Source: Octopus bimaculoides
Lineage: Eukaryota
Assembly: GCF_001194135.2 (NCBI RefSeq)
Contig: NC_068988.1
Location: 73,929,582-73,993,581, forward strand
DNA length: 64,000 nt
Direction of reading: 5' to 3'
Shown piece after piece: positions 22,201 through 36,000 of this stretch; position 1 is the stretch's first letter; each line of letters begins with the position of its first letter. The notes beneath the pieces were generated by a model, which did not search any database, had not been told where the DNA came from, and saw nothing but the letters and a program-made list of their open reading frames with translations. A program made the translations under genes and the position numbers.

Positions 22201-25200
22201 GTAAGTGCATCATCATCATTATCGTCATCATTTAACATCTGCTTTCTCTGCTGGCATGGATGAGTAGGGCAGTTTGAGAGGGAACTGGTAAGCTGCGAGG
22301 CAATGTCAACTTCCTATGTCATCTCTGACATAGTTTCTGTAGCTTGGTGCCCTTCCTAATAGCAACCACTTCACAGTGTATTGAGTGCTTTTTATGTACC
22401 ACTAGCACTAGTGAGGTTGCCATGTAATTTGCAAGACAGAAAAAAGAACAGATGAGAAGGAAAGAAAGGAAAAAACTTCTACTACTAAGAAGAGTTTGGG
22501 AGGGGTAGGTGATGGTAAGTGGCTGTATACTAGGCATCAAAAGGCTAAAGTATGATAGAGGGACAAGCACAGGTGTCTTACTTTGGAAGAAATATATGGC
22601 AGAAGAAGATAAGAGGAAGGTAGTGATGGGGTGCCAGAGCAAACTCTCAAGGAACAAGAAGATGAGCGTAAGAGAGGACAAGGACAATGGATCGTAGGAG
22701 GGGATGAGAGAGTAGATGCTTTCGTAAGAATGTAAAGAGGTAGTAAACAGGTAGAGGTAGAGGTGATGAACAAGAGTGAGGGTGCAGATGATGGGAAATA
22801 CCAGCATGCAGAGGAGTAAGGTGAGAGTTATGAGTGGTTCAGGAAAGTGAGTTGAACAGAAAATAGTAGAATGATGTGTAAGGTGTAGGAACTGTGGAGT
22901 GGGAGAGTTAGGGATACACAAAGGGCTTTTGAGGGACTGATTGAGTAAGTTTGCAGAAGAATTGGAGTGAGATGTATGTTGGATGTATAAATGTTAACTT
23001 AAATGAAAAGTACAACACAGTGGCCAGTCATTACAGGTAAATCAAGCGATTTATGAGGTATTTGGTAAAGGATGTGGTGATACACAGAAGTGAAACTTGT
23101 GGTTAGCTTGTATGGACAGTGGTATGTCATTGGTGGAGGGCATCTCTAGGAGCAAAAGGCCAAAGATATGACAAGTAGGGTGCATAGATTCTATATTTGT
23201 TATCAGTGTAATTTCTGGAAGTACCTTTGTCAAAAAAATATCCGTGACACCTCTTTTTTCCTCTGATTCCTAAAAGCTTATAACCAAATCAGTATTTTTT
23301 AGTGTGGTGTTCTTTTTATACTAAGTCCACATTTGTCATCTGTGTAATTTCTGGAAACAGCTTTGTCAGAAATGTTCATGGCACCTCTTTCTTCTTCTAC
23401 AATTTTAAGATTTCTGAACAAAGTACTTCTGGGCAGAATTTTTAAAATTACAGAGGGATATTTTTACCAGGAAAAGTAACACACACTATTACACCTTCAC
23501 TGGGGATTTTAGTGTTTTTTTACTGTCTGTTTTCCATCTGTGCTAGTGGTTGGAAGGGCAGCTAATCACAGAAGCCCATACTAGAAGATGGAATGTACAA
23601 ACAAAATGTAGACTCTGCAATCCATGTTGCATAATACCCATCTAAGAAGGCAACAGCAATAACTCCAAATATATATATATCTATATAATAATAAATATAT
23701 AATATATAATAATATAAATAATATAATATAATATAAATATATAAATAATATATAATAATAATAAATAATATAATAATATAAATAAGTATATGCACATATA
23801 CATACATATATCTACATACCTACATATATATGCATATATACATGAATGTGAACATTAAAAAAACATAGAAAATGAACCTTTTTCAAACAACGAAAGAAAC
23901 AGATAGAGAAACGAGGCAGGCAACATAAAGAACATTCCCTTCATCAGTTGTCTCCTGTTTTATCTACTCTGCATTTCAAAGGTAGGGACAAGACGTGACT
24001 TCATTAAAACAGTTCTTCCCGCAAAGCAAATTAAATAAAATTTGGGATTTTTTGCAGCAGGTCAAAGTGGTAACAAAAACAGGACAATAAGAACAAGACA
24101 GTAAAAACAAACAGTGAGGGCTGTTAAACCATAATGAAGTGAAGTGGTGAACGCTGGAGAAATGAGCTTTGAGAAGAGACAGGTAAAAGCACATCTTGTC
24201 TTTAGAAAGGAAGTGGAAGAAATCCATTTCCAAGTCTTATCTATCTATTTATATATATGTTGGCATTACGAAGGGTATCCAGCTGTAGAAACTTTGTTAG
24301 ATAAGATTGGAGCCTGGTACAGCCTTCTGGCTCGCCAGTCCTCAGTCAAACCGTCCAACCCATACCAGCATGAAAAGCAAACGTTAAACAACGATGATGA
24401 TGATATATATATTGTTGTGGAAGGATTCTGATCCCCACCAAGTGACTAAAGGTGGACTGACTCATTGTTATAAATTAAAGAACTATGAGTGATTGGCAGT
24501 TTGGGTTGGTAGAAGTTCACTGAGAGCCGTGATTGAGAGTGGTGAGTCTTGTGTAATAGTGATAGTAGTACATCACATATATACTTTCTTCCCCTTTGCT
24601 TTGTTATATTATATATCCAATACAAGGATATAAAAGTGGTGACAAGTTGTTTGAAGTTTGTGTTGGATGTTTAAAATCTCTTTTTTTGGTACAAAACCTA
24701 AGACAAAATCGTTTTAACATGGAAGACTTATTGGCCTCCGTGGTGTATTTGCAACAGCAGCATCAGCAACAACAATAGCAGTTACAGCAGCAACTACAAC
24801 AACAACAAAACCAACAGTTGCCGGAATTAATGTTGAAGGAATCTGAAAATACTTCAGGTTCGTACTTGCCAGACAGCATAGCAAACTCAATGGAAGTATT
24901 CAGCTATAAGTCAGAAGAAGGTACTATCTTCACTTCATAGATACAAAGAAATCTTTAAAGAAGAATGTAAAAGTTGGTCTGATGAGAAAAAGTACAACTA
25001 CTTTTAAGAAAGTTATCCCCTGCGGAACACGAAAAATATAATTATATCAGATTGGGGCCTGGTCTAGCCTCCTGGCTTCCCAAACTCCAGTTGAACCGTC
25101 CAACCCATGCCAGCATGGAAAACGGATGTTAAACGATGATGATGATGATTTTGCCGAAGAAGCCAAGTGAGATTTGTTTTGATGAAACAACATTTTATTG

Positions 25201-28200
25201 AAAATTTTCGGTGAAAGCAGCTCCCTGTTTAATACTTGCTGGTAATGTTTAAATTTGGTCAAAAAAGATGACAAAGATTTCATCACTTATGTCGGTGTGG
25301 TTAACAGAGAGTGTGAGAAATTCAAATTGAATGAGTTAACCCCAGACATGCTCAAGTCTTTAATTTTTGTTCAAGGGCTTACTGCAAGCAAAGATGCAGA
25401 TATATGATCCCGGATATTAACAAAATTAGAACAGGACCAAAATTTAACTCTGCAGGTAGTAGCAGAAGTATGTCAGAGGATTATTAATCTATGACATGAC
25501 ACAAATAAAAGTGAAGAGAAAGAGTGTTCTAAGATTCAGGCATGTTAACCGATAATGAGTAAGTAACAAGAGAAAAAAATATAAAATGCTATAGGTATGG
25601 TAAAATAGGCCACAAAAAGTTGCACTGTAGGACAGAATCTAAAAAACTTCATCAGAAAAAATCGCATAAACGGATTGTCAGTGACAAATAATATGAATAG
25701 GCTGCAAAGAAAATTTGTGTATGTAAAAATTAATAACACAAAGTTACATTTGGATACAGACAGCGACATCTTAATAATTAACACAGATACATGGAAAAAG
25801 ATTGGGAGACCTAAATAAAATGAAACCTTGAAAATTGCATGTAGTGTTTCAGGAAAAAAATTATATTTTAAGGGCAAATTGATAAGTAACATTACATTTC
25901 ATGAAAAAATCTTAAAGGCTTTTTGTGTTTATACAACAAACTTGTTTGGCACTGACTAGATAGAATTGTTTAATTTATGGGACCTTCCTAGAAATCTTTT
26001 CTGTAAAAATGTAAATGGTTCTTCCTCCAGTACAAATAAGTTGTCAGACGGATTGAAAATAAAATTAAAAAATATTTTTCCTGAAATACTGTCTGATAAA
26101 TTAGGTCTGTGTACCAAAACGAAGATACAAGAAAACACTATACCGATATTTAAAACATGCCACTATCTGCTCCCTACTCCAGAGGATATTTTCATGAAAT
26201 TAAACAGTGGCAAGATATTTTCTGAATTGGATCTCTCTGACACGTACCTACAAATCAGAGGAGATGATGAATGCTCTAAATACTCAGCAATTGACACACA
26301 TAAAGGACTGTATAAATACAACAGGTTACCATTTGGCTTAAAAGTTGCACCAGCGAATTTTCAACAGATTATGGATGCAATGTTAGTGGATTGTGAATTC
26401 GCAATTCCATATCTGGATGATATACTCATTAAAAGTGAACCCAGAGATCAAAATGTATTCCAAAAAATTAGGGATTATGGCTCTACTTTGAGTGAAGAAA
26501 AGTGTGAATTTTTCTTACCGAAAATAAGATATTTAGGACAAATCATTGACAGAAATGGATGTCGACCAGACCCATCGAGGGTGAAGCAATTAAAAATATG
26601 CCCCCTCTGACTAATATAGTGATCATATAAGCATTTTTAGGATTGGTAAATTATTACCAAGATTATATTCCAAATATGCATAAGGTGAGAGTCCCACTGA
26701 ATAATCTGCTGAAAAAAGATGTGAAATGGAATTGGTCAGAAAATTGCCAAAATCGAAAAAATATTAATATCTGATTTGTCGTTAGTACACTTCGATCCTG
26801 CAGAGGAGATTGTTGTAGCTTCAGACACTTCTGAGTACGGTATATGCTATATAAATTTAAAGATGATAACATGAAGGTAGTGGTTCATGCCTTATGTTCT
26901 CTGATATCAGCAGAGAAAAGTTATAGTCAAATCAAAAAAGAAGCTTTAGCGATCATTTTTGCTGTGAAAAAATTTCACACATTTTTGCATGGTAGAAGTT
27001 TTCATCAACAGACTGATCACCATCCCAAAACAAAAAAAGAAATCCCTACCCATACTGTTAATAGATTACAACACTGGGGCAAGATATTATTGAACTGTGA
27101 TTGCAAGATGGAGTATATACCATTCAAGAAATTAGGTCATGCAGATTGTCTATTAAAACTGATTTTGAAAAATGCCGAACCATTTGGAGATGCCGTGATT
27201 GCCGCTTTGCAGGCAGAAAATGAAATTAAAAATGTTTTGTGTAACATCATTCGTGAACTGCCAGTTACTTTATGAGACATAAAATTGAAATCGGAAAATG
27301 ATAAATTTATTGTAAAAATGAAAAGAAATACTGAAGGCTAAAAGAGATAAAAATATGCACCACACAAATGCGAACCATTTCTCACTGTGACAATGTATTG
27401 ATGTATGCACCAAGAGGCATAGTATTAGCTACACTACAAAAGTGATTATTAAAGGAATTTCATACGGGTCACCCAAGTATTTCAAGAATGAAATTGTTAA
27501 TGAAAAGTTACATATACTGGCCAACAATGGACCATGACATTGAAGAATCTGTGAAAGCATGCAGAAGGTGTGCCTTAGTTGAAAATTCACTTACCACTAA
27601 ATGGCAACTGTGGCCAAAAACAGATGTTCCATGTGCCAGACTGCATGTTGATTATGCAGGTCTACTGAAGAAATCATATTACCTTGTTGTGGTGGACAGT
27701 TTTCCAAAGTGGCCAGAAATGCATAAATGTAAAAAGTCAACATCTGCAGTTACAGTAAGTTTTTCACATGAACTGTTCGCCAGGTATGGTATTCCAGGTA
27801 TTATTGTGTCTGATAATGGAACTTAATTTACATCAGACAAATTCAGAAAATTTTGTAAAATGTTTGTCATTGAATATGTCACCATCATCCTAGGTCAAAT
27901 GGGCAAGTGGAGCGTTTTGTTGACACTTTCAAGAGGGCATTGAAAAAGTGAACAATGAAGTGATGGACGATTGTGCACTCCATCGATTTCTAAGAGTGTA
28001 CCGAGTAACACCTAATCTGAATACACCATCAGGAATGTTACCCACAGAATTGATGTTTGCTAGAAAGGTCAGATCTGTCTTTGATAAGCTGATATCGAGT
28101 GAGAAAAATAACATGAAGGACAAAAATACTTCAAGTTAGGTGACAAAGTTCTTTTTAAAAACTTATAGATATGGTAAAGAAAGCTGAGAGGATGGTGTAA

Positions 28201-28868
28201 TAATTAAACAAATGAGAAAGAAAGACATTCCTGGTAAAAGGAAAAAAATGTCGAATACAAAAGACATATTAATCAGCTTAAAAAAAGATTCACAGAAAAA
28301 ACAGTCACGAGAAATGAAGTATTGTAGGACACATTTGAGGTACCAACATCCAAACAATTTGAAACTACACGCTCTAGCACCAGAAAACAGAAAAGGATAG
28401 AGACACTGGAATTGAACCCTAAGCATAAGAGATATTAAAACTCTGAGTGGAATTCAATTCTCAAAAGGGGAGAAGATAAGGGAGACTAATTGTAAAAAGG
28501 GGAGATGTTGTGGAAAGATTCCGACCACCCCACAAGGTGGACTGACTCATTGTTATAAATTAAAAATCTGTGAGCGATTGGCAGTTTGGGTTGGTAGCAT
28601 TTCACTGAGCCATGATTCAGAGCAGTGAGTCTCATGTAATAGTGATAGTAGTTTGTCATGTATATACTTTCTTCCCCCTGCTCTGTTATATTATATATCC
28701 AATACAAGGATATAATATATATATATATATATATATACATATCAAATTAAATACACAACCAAAAGAGCTACTAATGGTTTCATGCTATTATGATAGTTGA
28801 ACAGGCATATCTATAAAATACGCCATGTATCTTAAAGCAATCTTTCAGGCTCTTATGTGTTATACATA

Positions 28869-28901
<33 letters not shown>

Positions 28902-30036
28902 TTATAGACACATACATCATCATCATTGTTTAACGTCTGTCTTCCATGCATGGGTAGGATGTTTGACAAGAGCTGGCCAGGTAGAAGACTACCCCAGGCT
29001 ACTGTGTCTTTTCTGGCAGGGTTTTTATGGCTGGATGTCCTTGCCAACATCAACCACTCTGCAGAATAGACTGAGTGCTTTTTACAGCTGGATGCCCTTC
29101 CAAATGCCAACCACTTTACAGTGTAAACTGGATGCTTTTTACATGGCACCAGCACTGACAGGGTCACCGAGTAACTAGTAAGACAAGGAATTCTGAGAGG
29201 GGAGGGGGCACTGGAGGAGTTGATCTTGTTTCAGATGATGAAGGGTTAGAGTATGACAGAAAGAAAGAGGCAGAAATAGGTGCCTTGCTATAGAGGAGGT
29301 ACATGGTTACTTGGCCAGAGAGAGGAAAGAGAGAGGAAGAGAGAGAGAGGAGAGAAAGAAAAGAGTAAGTGAGGAAGAGAGAGAGAGGAGAGAAAGAAAA
29401 GAGGAAGTGAGGAAGAGAGAGAGAGATCAAAGATGCGGGCAGAAACAGGTGTGCTGTTGTAGAGGAGATACATGGCTACTCAGCCAAAGGGAAGAGTAAG
29501 GGAAAGAGGGAGAGAGAGAGAGAGAAGCAGGAGACGGATGGTGGTGAAGTGCCAGGGTATACTCACAAGTAACAAGGATCAGAGCATAGATGGGATGGTA
29601 GAGTAAGGAAGAGAGAGAGATAAATGGTGGCAATGCCCTCAAGCTACGGCGGTCATAATATACGTGGCCAGGTATATAACAATTTTCAATATTATCTATA
29701 TATATAAAAATGAGAATGTGTGTCTGTCTGTCTGTCTGTCTGTGTGAATCCCTAAAACTCGAGAACTACGCAACCAATTTCATTCAAATTTTACACATGC
29801 CTTACTTAGGGTTCCAGTTGTGTTTTAGTCAAAAAAAAGTATTAACTTCTTGCAGAGTTCGAGCACACGGCAACATAATATCTCCTCCACTATTTAAGTA
29901 TTACGTGTCAAAAGTGAAACAAAAACACTCATGTCAAATACTTTCACTTTAAAAATGAAACTATTCCACTAACTGAAACAATCACATTTCGATACTGTAG
30001 TGACAGATACTTTCACAGAGAGAGAAAGAGAGAAAG

Positions 30037-30067
<31 letters not shown>

Positions 30068-33000
30068 TGTATATNNNNNNNNNNNNNNNNNNNNNNNNNN
30101 NNNNNNNNNNNNNNNNNNNNNNNNNNNNNNNNNNNNNNNNNNNNNNNNNNNNNNNNNNNNNNNNNNNNNNNNNNNNNNNNNNNNNNNNNNNNNNNNNNNN
30201 NNNNNNNNNNNNNNNNNNNNNNNNNNNNNNNNNNNNNNNNNNNNNNNNNNNNNNNNNNNNNNNNNNNNNNNNNNNNNNNNNNNNNNNNNNNNNNNNNNNN
30301 NNNNNNNNNNNNNNNNNNNNNNNNNNNNNNNNNNNNNNNNNNNNNNNNNNNNNNNNNNNNNNNNNNNNNNNNNNNNNNNNNNNNNNNNNNNNNNNNNNNN
30401 NNNNNNNNNNNNNNNNNNNNNNNNNNNNNNNNNNNNNNNNNNNNNNNNNNNNNNNNNNNNNNNNNNNNNNNNNNNNNNNNNNNNNNNNNNNNNNNNNNNN
30501 NNNNNNNNNNNNNNNNNNNNNNNNNNNNNNNNNNNNNNNNNNNNNNNNNNNNNNNNNNNNNNNNNNNNNNNNNNNNNNNNNNNNNNNNNNNNNNNNNNNN
30601 NNNNNNNNNNNNNNNNNNNNNNNNNNNNNNNNNNNNNNNNNNNNNNNNNNNNNNNNNNNNNNNNNNNNNNNNNNNNNNNNNNNNNNNNNNNNNNNNNNNN
30701 NNNNNNNNNNNNNNNNNNNNNNNNNNNNNNNNNNNNNNNNNNNNNNNNNNNNNNNNNNNNNNNNNNNNNNNNNNNNNNNNNNNNNNNNNNNNNNNNNNNN
30801 NNNNNNNNNNNNNNNNNNNNNNNNNNNNNNNNNNNNNNNNNNNNNNNNNNNNNNNNNNNNNNNNNNNNNNNNNNNNNNNNNNNNNNNNNNNNNNNNNNNN
30901 NNNNNNNNNNNNNNNNNNNNNNNNATAAACAAATATCAGGGTCAAACACTGTCTGTAGCTGGTCTTCTCTTGGAAGAGCCCTGCTTCTCACATGGACAAC
31001 TGTATGTTGGCTGCTCAAGAGTGGGCAGCAACAAAAAACCTATTTGTATATGCTCCACAAGGGAAAACAAGGAACATAGTTTACAATGAGGTGTTATAAT
31101 CACAACAGCAAGAAAGTATGTACATGATCACCTTCTTTTACGAAACTTCATTGACTTTCATATATTTATATTGATATACATATATATACGTGTGTTTGGG
31201 TGCGTGTGTGTATATACATCTCTATATATAAAGATGATGCGTAGTCTAGACGGCGTTTTTAGATTTCATTATTCTCTTTAACCCGGGCAACGCCGGGTAT
31301 TTCTGCTAATAAACATTAAATATGGTTTCACATTTTGAACTGGACAGTTAGGATTGGTTAACGTTTTATTAGACAGTTTTGATAAAAATGGTGATAATGT
31401 TTATGTTCAGTGTTTGGCATGATTATAATAAGTAATGAGGTCATAGTCTGTTACTCATGTCACCAAGATGTACATATTGGTAAACTCATTCCATGAAAAC
31501 ACAAATAAAACTGATTCTGATATTTTCTTTCATATAAAAGAATTTCATTTGAAACATAACACCGTAACAATTGAAAATATACAAAATGGAACACTTACCT
31601 AATATGCATGCCCTTCTAAGAAGTCATTATGCATAAAATCTGGGGAAAAATACATTAACTTGTGTACTTACCTTTTCTTCGTCTTGAGGTGAGATACCAG
31701 GTGCCATGTGATTGACAGTACTGCCTGCAGCAGCGGCAGCAGCCGCTGCTAGGCCTGGGATCTGTAATATAGGGAAGTTAAAAGGGAACTAAAAATATTT
31801 TGCCATTCTTAAAACTTTCAGAAAGATGGCCCAAAAGTGAATTAAATTGGAATTGTGATATAAATAGTTTCATTTTTTACTCTCTGATCTTTAATGGAAA
31901 ACACTTTCATTACACACACACGCACACAAAATTAAGGTGTTTTACAAATAAAATGTATTTAAATTTCTATTGATTGTGTTTATAAATTCAATTCAGTTAA
32001 CCAATGTGGCCTCAACATATCAACTATTCTTTGAATCAACAAGGGAGTTCCAAAAAACTGACTGGACTGTTATACTGATAATGAAATCTTCAAATATCAT
32101 TCCACCACCTAAAAACTGAATGAGTATAATGGGTAAAGTAATCTTGAATATGGGAATTTCAGCATGTGAGTTCATCACAGACAAATACTATTTACTAACC
32201 TGTGACCAATCAAAGTGATAACTTTGTACTAAACATGAACAGCCCTAAACAAGAAAACGGTTTCCAACATACTCACACAAAATCAAAGAACAGCCTTTTC
32301 AGAATCCTCACATAAATTTTAATTTCAGATACTCAGCATGAAAGCTCTAAGCAGAATAAATTTCAATAGTTCTAATACTTTACAACAAAAATAGATCTTA
32401 TAAACATAACAAGCACAAAAACAGTTAAAAATATGAGGTGGTATTAGAAAGTTTCCAAACTAGTTCTGTGACATGCCAACAAATAGCAGTATATGGTTGC
32501 ATAAACACTGAGAGCTAGCAGTGACCTTCATTAGGCAGTGTGTCAAGTGACATCACTGTGTTTACTTTGCAAGTTGTGAAATTTGTGTTTTTGTGATCGT
32601 GTGTATGCTGTAGTCTGTGATTTTGCATTGAACTTGGGAAGTCTGCTACAGAAACATTGAGCATGCTTTGGCAAGCTTATGATGATGAGGCAATGGGTTG
32701 TATACAATGTTTCGAGTGGCATGGGTACTTCAAAAAGTGGAAGAACGTCCTTGGAAGACAATGAGCGATCAGGAAGACCTGCCATAAACATGATCCCCAG
32801 AAATGTGGAGAAAACTCACCAGCTTGTGCATGAGAATTGTCGGAGAACAATCAACAACATTGCTGATGTTGTTGGTCTCTGCCAAGTTTGTCCTCCACCT
32901 ACTGACCACTGAGCAGAAAGAACATTGTGTTGAAGTCTGTCAAGATCTCCATCAGTGTGCCGCTGATGACCCATCCTTCATGTTGAGGATCATCACAGGT

Positions 33001-36000
33001 GATGAGAGTTGGGTCTACAGGTATGACCCTGAGATGAAGCAGCAGTTGTCACAATGGAAGAGGCCATTATTTCCATGACCAAAGAAGGCATGACTCTATA
33101 CTCTACTCCTACTGAGCTGAGTTACATGATGACATGGTGCCAAAGAAAGAGTACCCAGCCAGTCTTCTGGCTAATCAGACCCATGCTAGCTAGCATGGAA
33201 GACAAAATTAACAAAATTACTACTTTAAAAGAAATAAGCTCAATTAGAGACATAATCCTTCCTTCCAAGATTAAAGCATTGTTTAGATATAAAATTCAAA
33301 TGAATGAAACATGAAAGGTAACATTAAATGAAATAAAAATTATATTGTAAAAGATTGAAAAGTTTAATTCTACAAAATTTAGTGAAGAAACATTGTAACT
33401 ATAGAATAGGAGTTAAACCAAATCCAAAATTTAATAACATCTTGTTCTAAGAAACATAATTGTTTCTATCAGATTCTCTTTCATAGAAACACTTCAATCA
33501 GATTTGATTATTTTCTAAGTAGCATCTATGAAATTAAATTAGTATTTTTGAAATTGGAAATTTTAACACTTTTACATTTAGTCGGAGCATTTTTATTGAT
33601 GGTGATTCCACAGCTTTGCTAATATCTGCATAATATTCTCATACAAGCAATTTGGTCTGAGAGGAAATTCCAGTCATGGCAGCTAAACCTAGAATAGAGA
33701 GGCCTCAGGGTAAACTTAGCAAAGGCTAAGTTTTTAGTAAGAAAGAAGACAGGATCCCAATATCTTCAAGGAAATGGCCTTGCTTAATATGCAGGAAAGA
33801 AGTTGATATAAGCTATGGATATACAAGTGGTGCAATGGAAAAAATATGTTTCATATATGCAGATGCACAGGAGCAGTGTGTACTATAAGTACAGAGGAAA
33901 TAGAAATAGTTAATAGTTTTTGCTACTTAGATGATGTAATTAGGTGGGGAACATTAGTTGAAACATTTTTATTGATGGCGATTCCACAGCCAAGCCAATA
34001 TCTACATGATCTCATACAAGCAGTATTATATGAGTCACTGCATTATCATTGTAACATCCACTTTCCATGAGTCAAATGGAATTTGTTGGGAAGGATTTCT
34101 TTATGTCTGGATGCTCTTCCTGTAACCAACATTCACCTGTTTCTAAGGTAATATTTCTCCATGGCCAGACACTGCTTGCAGGATAGTGACACTCATTCAC
34201 AATTATCACATGCAGTCAAGGCAAGAAGACAGTAACACCCACATACTTGCATACACATACACATATACAAGCTTCTTTCAGTTTCCATCTAACAAATTCA
34301 TTCTAAAGGCTTTGGTCAGTCCAGGACTATAGTAAAAGATACTTGCAGTGGGACTCAACCTGAAATCATGTGGTTGGGAAGCACACTTCTTAATGACACA
34401 TTCACACCTACATATGTATATATTCTATTGTGCAATATAACAAATGTCAAATTTATATTAAACAGATAGCAGTGTTTCTTTGAATATATATTGTTCTAAT
34501 AATAACTCCACTCAGAAATTATGACAAGCAATCAGATTTCTGTAATGGTAATTAAAAAGTAATAAAATACAATTTCGTCCATTACATTTTGTAACTTAAG
34601 CATAAAATTTAATTTTCTTATTGATGTTATAAGTCTATTGTCAGTTCTAAGAAATGGATATTTTGTATTATACCTGGTGTGCTCGAACACTTTGAGTTAA
34701 TCCTTGAAAATCTCTAAGTGGAGGAATTCTTGGTTCCATAACACGGGGATCTCTCAGTTCCATTCTTGGTGCAGGAATAGGAGGTGGACATATTTCAGCA
34801 AAATGAGGAGGTGGAGGTGGTGCATGTCCTCCCATTTCTGCTGGACGGACTCGTAAATCAACATCTAAATATAAAATAAGATAATGAATTTCCATTTTAA
34901 TGTAAAATAATAAAGTTAAAATTAAATGAATTTAGTTGCATTGTAAGGAATGAATACTTAACTAATTAAATGACTTAAATACAATTAATTGAAAAGAACT
35001 ATCCAAACTCTTCCATTTACGTGCAGAAAGTATGAAAAAAGTAAAAAGAAACTAAAAATATCAAAAAAAGAAAAAAAGACTGAAGATGAAAAGCAGAAAA
35101 GAATTTCCCATTTAATAACTTTTGAGAAAATGTGTTTTTCAAAATTAAAAGGATTGTGAACTTTACATAGAATAAAGAGTTCAATCCATCTCATACCAAC
35201 CACCTAATTATCTATTAAGGATTATCTAGTCATGTTTAAACCGTCAGCATATAAACTGGCAATATCAGGCCCAAATATTCTACCTGTTTTATGTTCAAAT
35301 CAGCTAGATCTAGCCTCTCACACCTATCCTACAATGTTATTCTAAAAATTATCTGCTGGTGACAAAGGGCCTCTCACTCAGAGTAAAAAGTAGACTGTAT
35401 GATGCATGTATACAAACAGCCATGCTACATGGCAGTGAAACATGGGCCGTGACTGCTGAGGACATGCGTAAGCTTGCAAGGAATGAAGCCAGTGTGCTCC
35501 GCTGTATGTGTAATGTCAGTGTACATACTTGACAGAGTGTAAGAAACTTGAGAGAAAAGTTGGACCTAACAAGCATCAGATGTGGTGTGCAAGAGAGATG
35601 ACTGCTCTGGTATGGTCATGTGGCGAGAATGGATGAGGATAGCTGGGTGAAAAAGTGCCACACCCTAGCAGTTGAGGGAGCCTGTGGAAGAGGAAGACCC
35701 AGGAAGACCTGGGATGATGTGGTGAAGCACGACCTTCGAACATTAGGCCTCACCGAGGCAATGACTAGTGACCGAGACCTTTGGAAATATGCTGTGCTTG
35801 AGAAGACCTGGCAAGCCAAGTGAGACCATAACCTGTGGCCTCTGCCAGAAGTGTAACCAGTCCACTTATGCGTACCTTTCCTTCATTGGACACTAAACTC
35901 TGCTTGTGAAGACCTGTTGAGGCAAGTGNNNNNNNNNNNNNNNNNNNNNNNNNNNNNNNNNNNNNNNNNNNNNNNNNNNNNNNNNNNNNNNNNNNNNNNN

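Larger units (their letters stand above)
24413..28717 (+). mobile_element. Ty3/Gypsy LTR retrotransposon: near full length, decayed, antisense in the last CSTF2 intron
   Basis: Paired LTRs, PBS (tggtgac, 24637), PPT aaaaggggaga (28495-28505), gag ([14 protein letters not shown]...), protease (LHLDT), RT with YLDD (25966..26610), RNase H (26844..27275), integrase (27488..27826). Domain order PR-RT-RH-IN; inserted in (TA)n. Confidence 0.93.

Noticed and set aside
23930-24015. CUGAUGA and GAAA motifs on minus with an 8-bp flanking stem (possible second hammerhead)
   Set aside because: Order and spacing fit no hammerhead topology: no GAAA follows the intact CUGAUGA, and the upstream candidate core is UUAAUGA with no proper stem II or III. 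At best a dead relic.
24720-24820. Poly-Gln (CAG/CAA) tract as a possible host gene
   Set aside because: It lies directly after the Gypsy PBS and is the low-complexity N-terminus of gag, also seen at 58330-58410.
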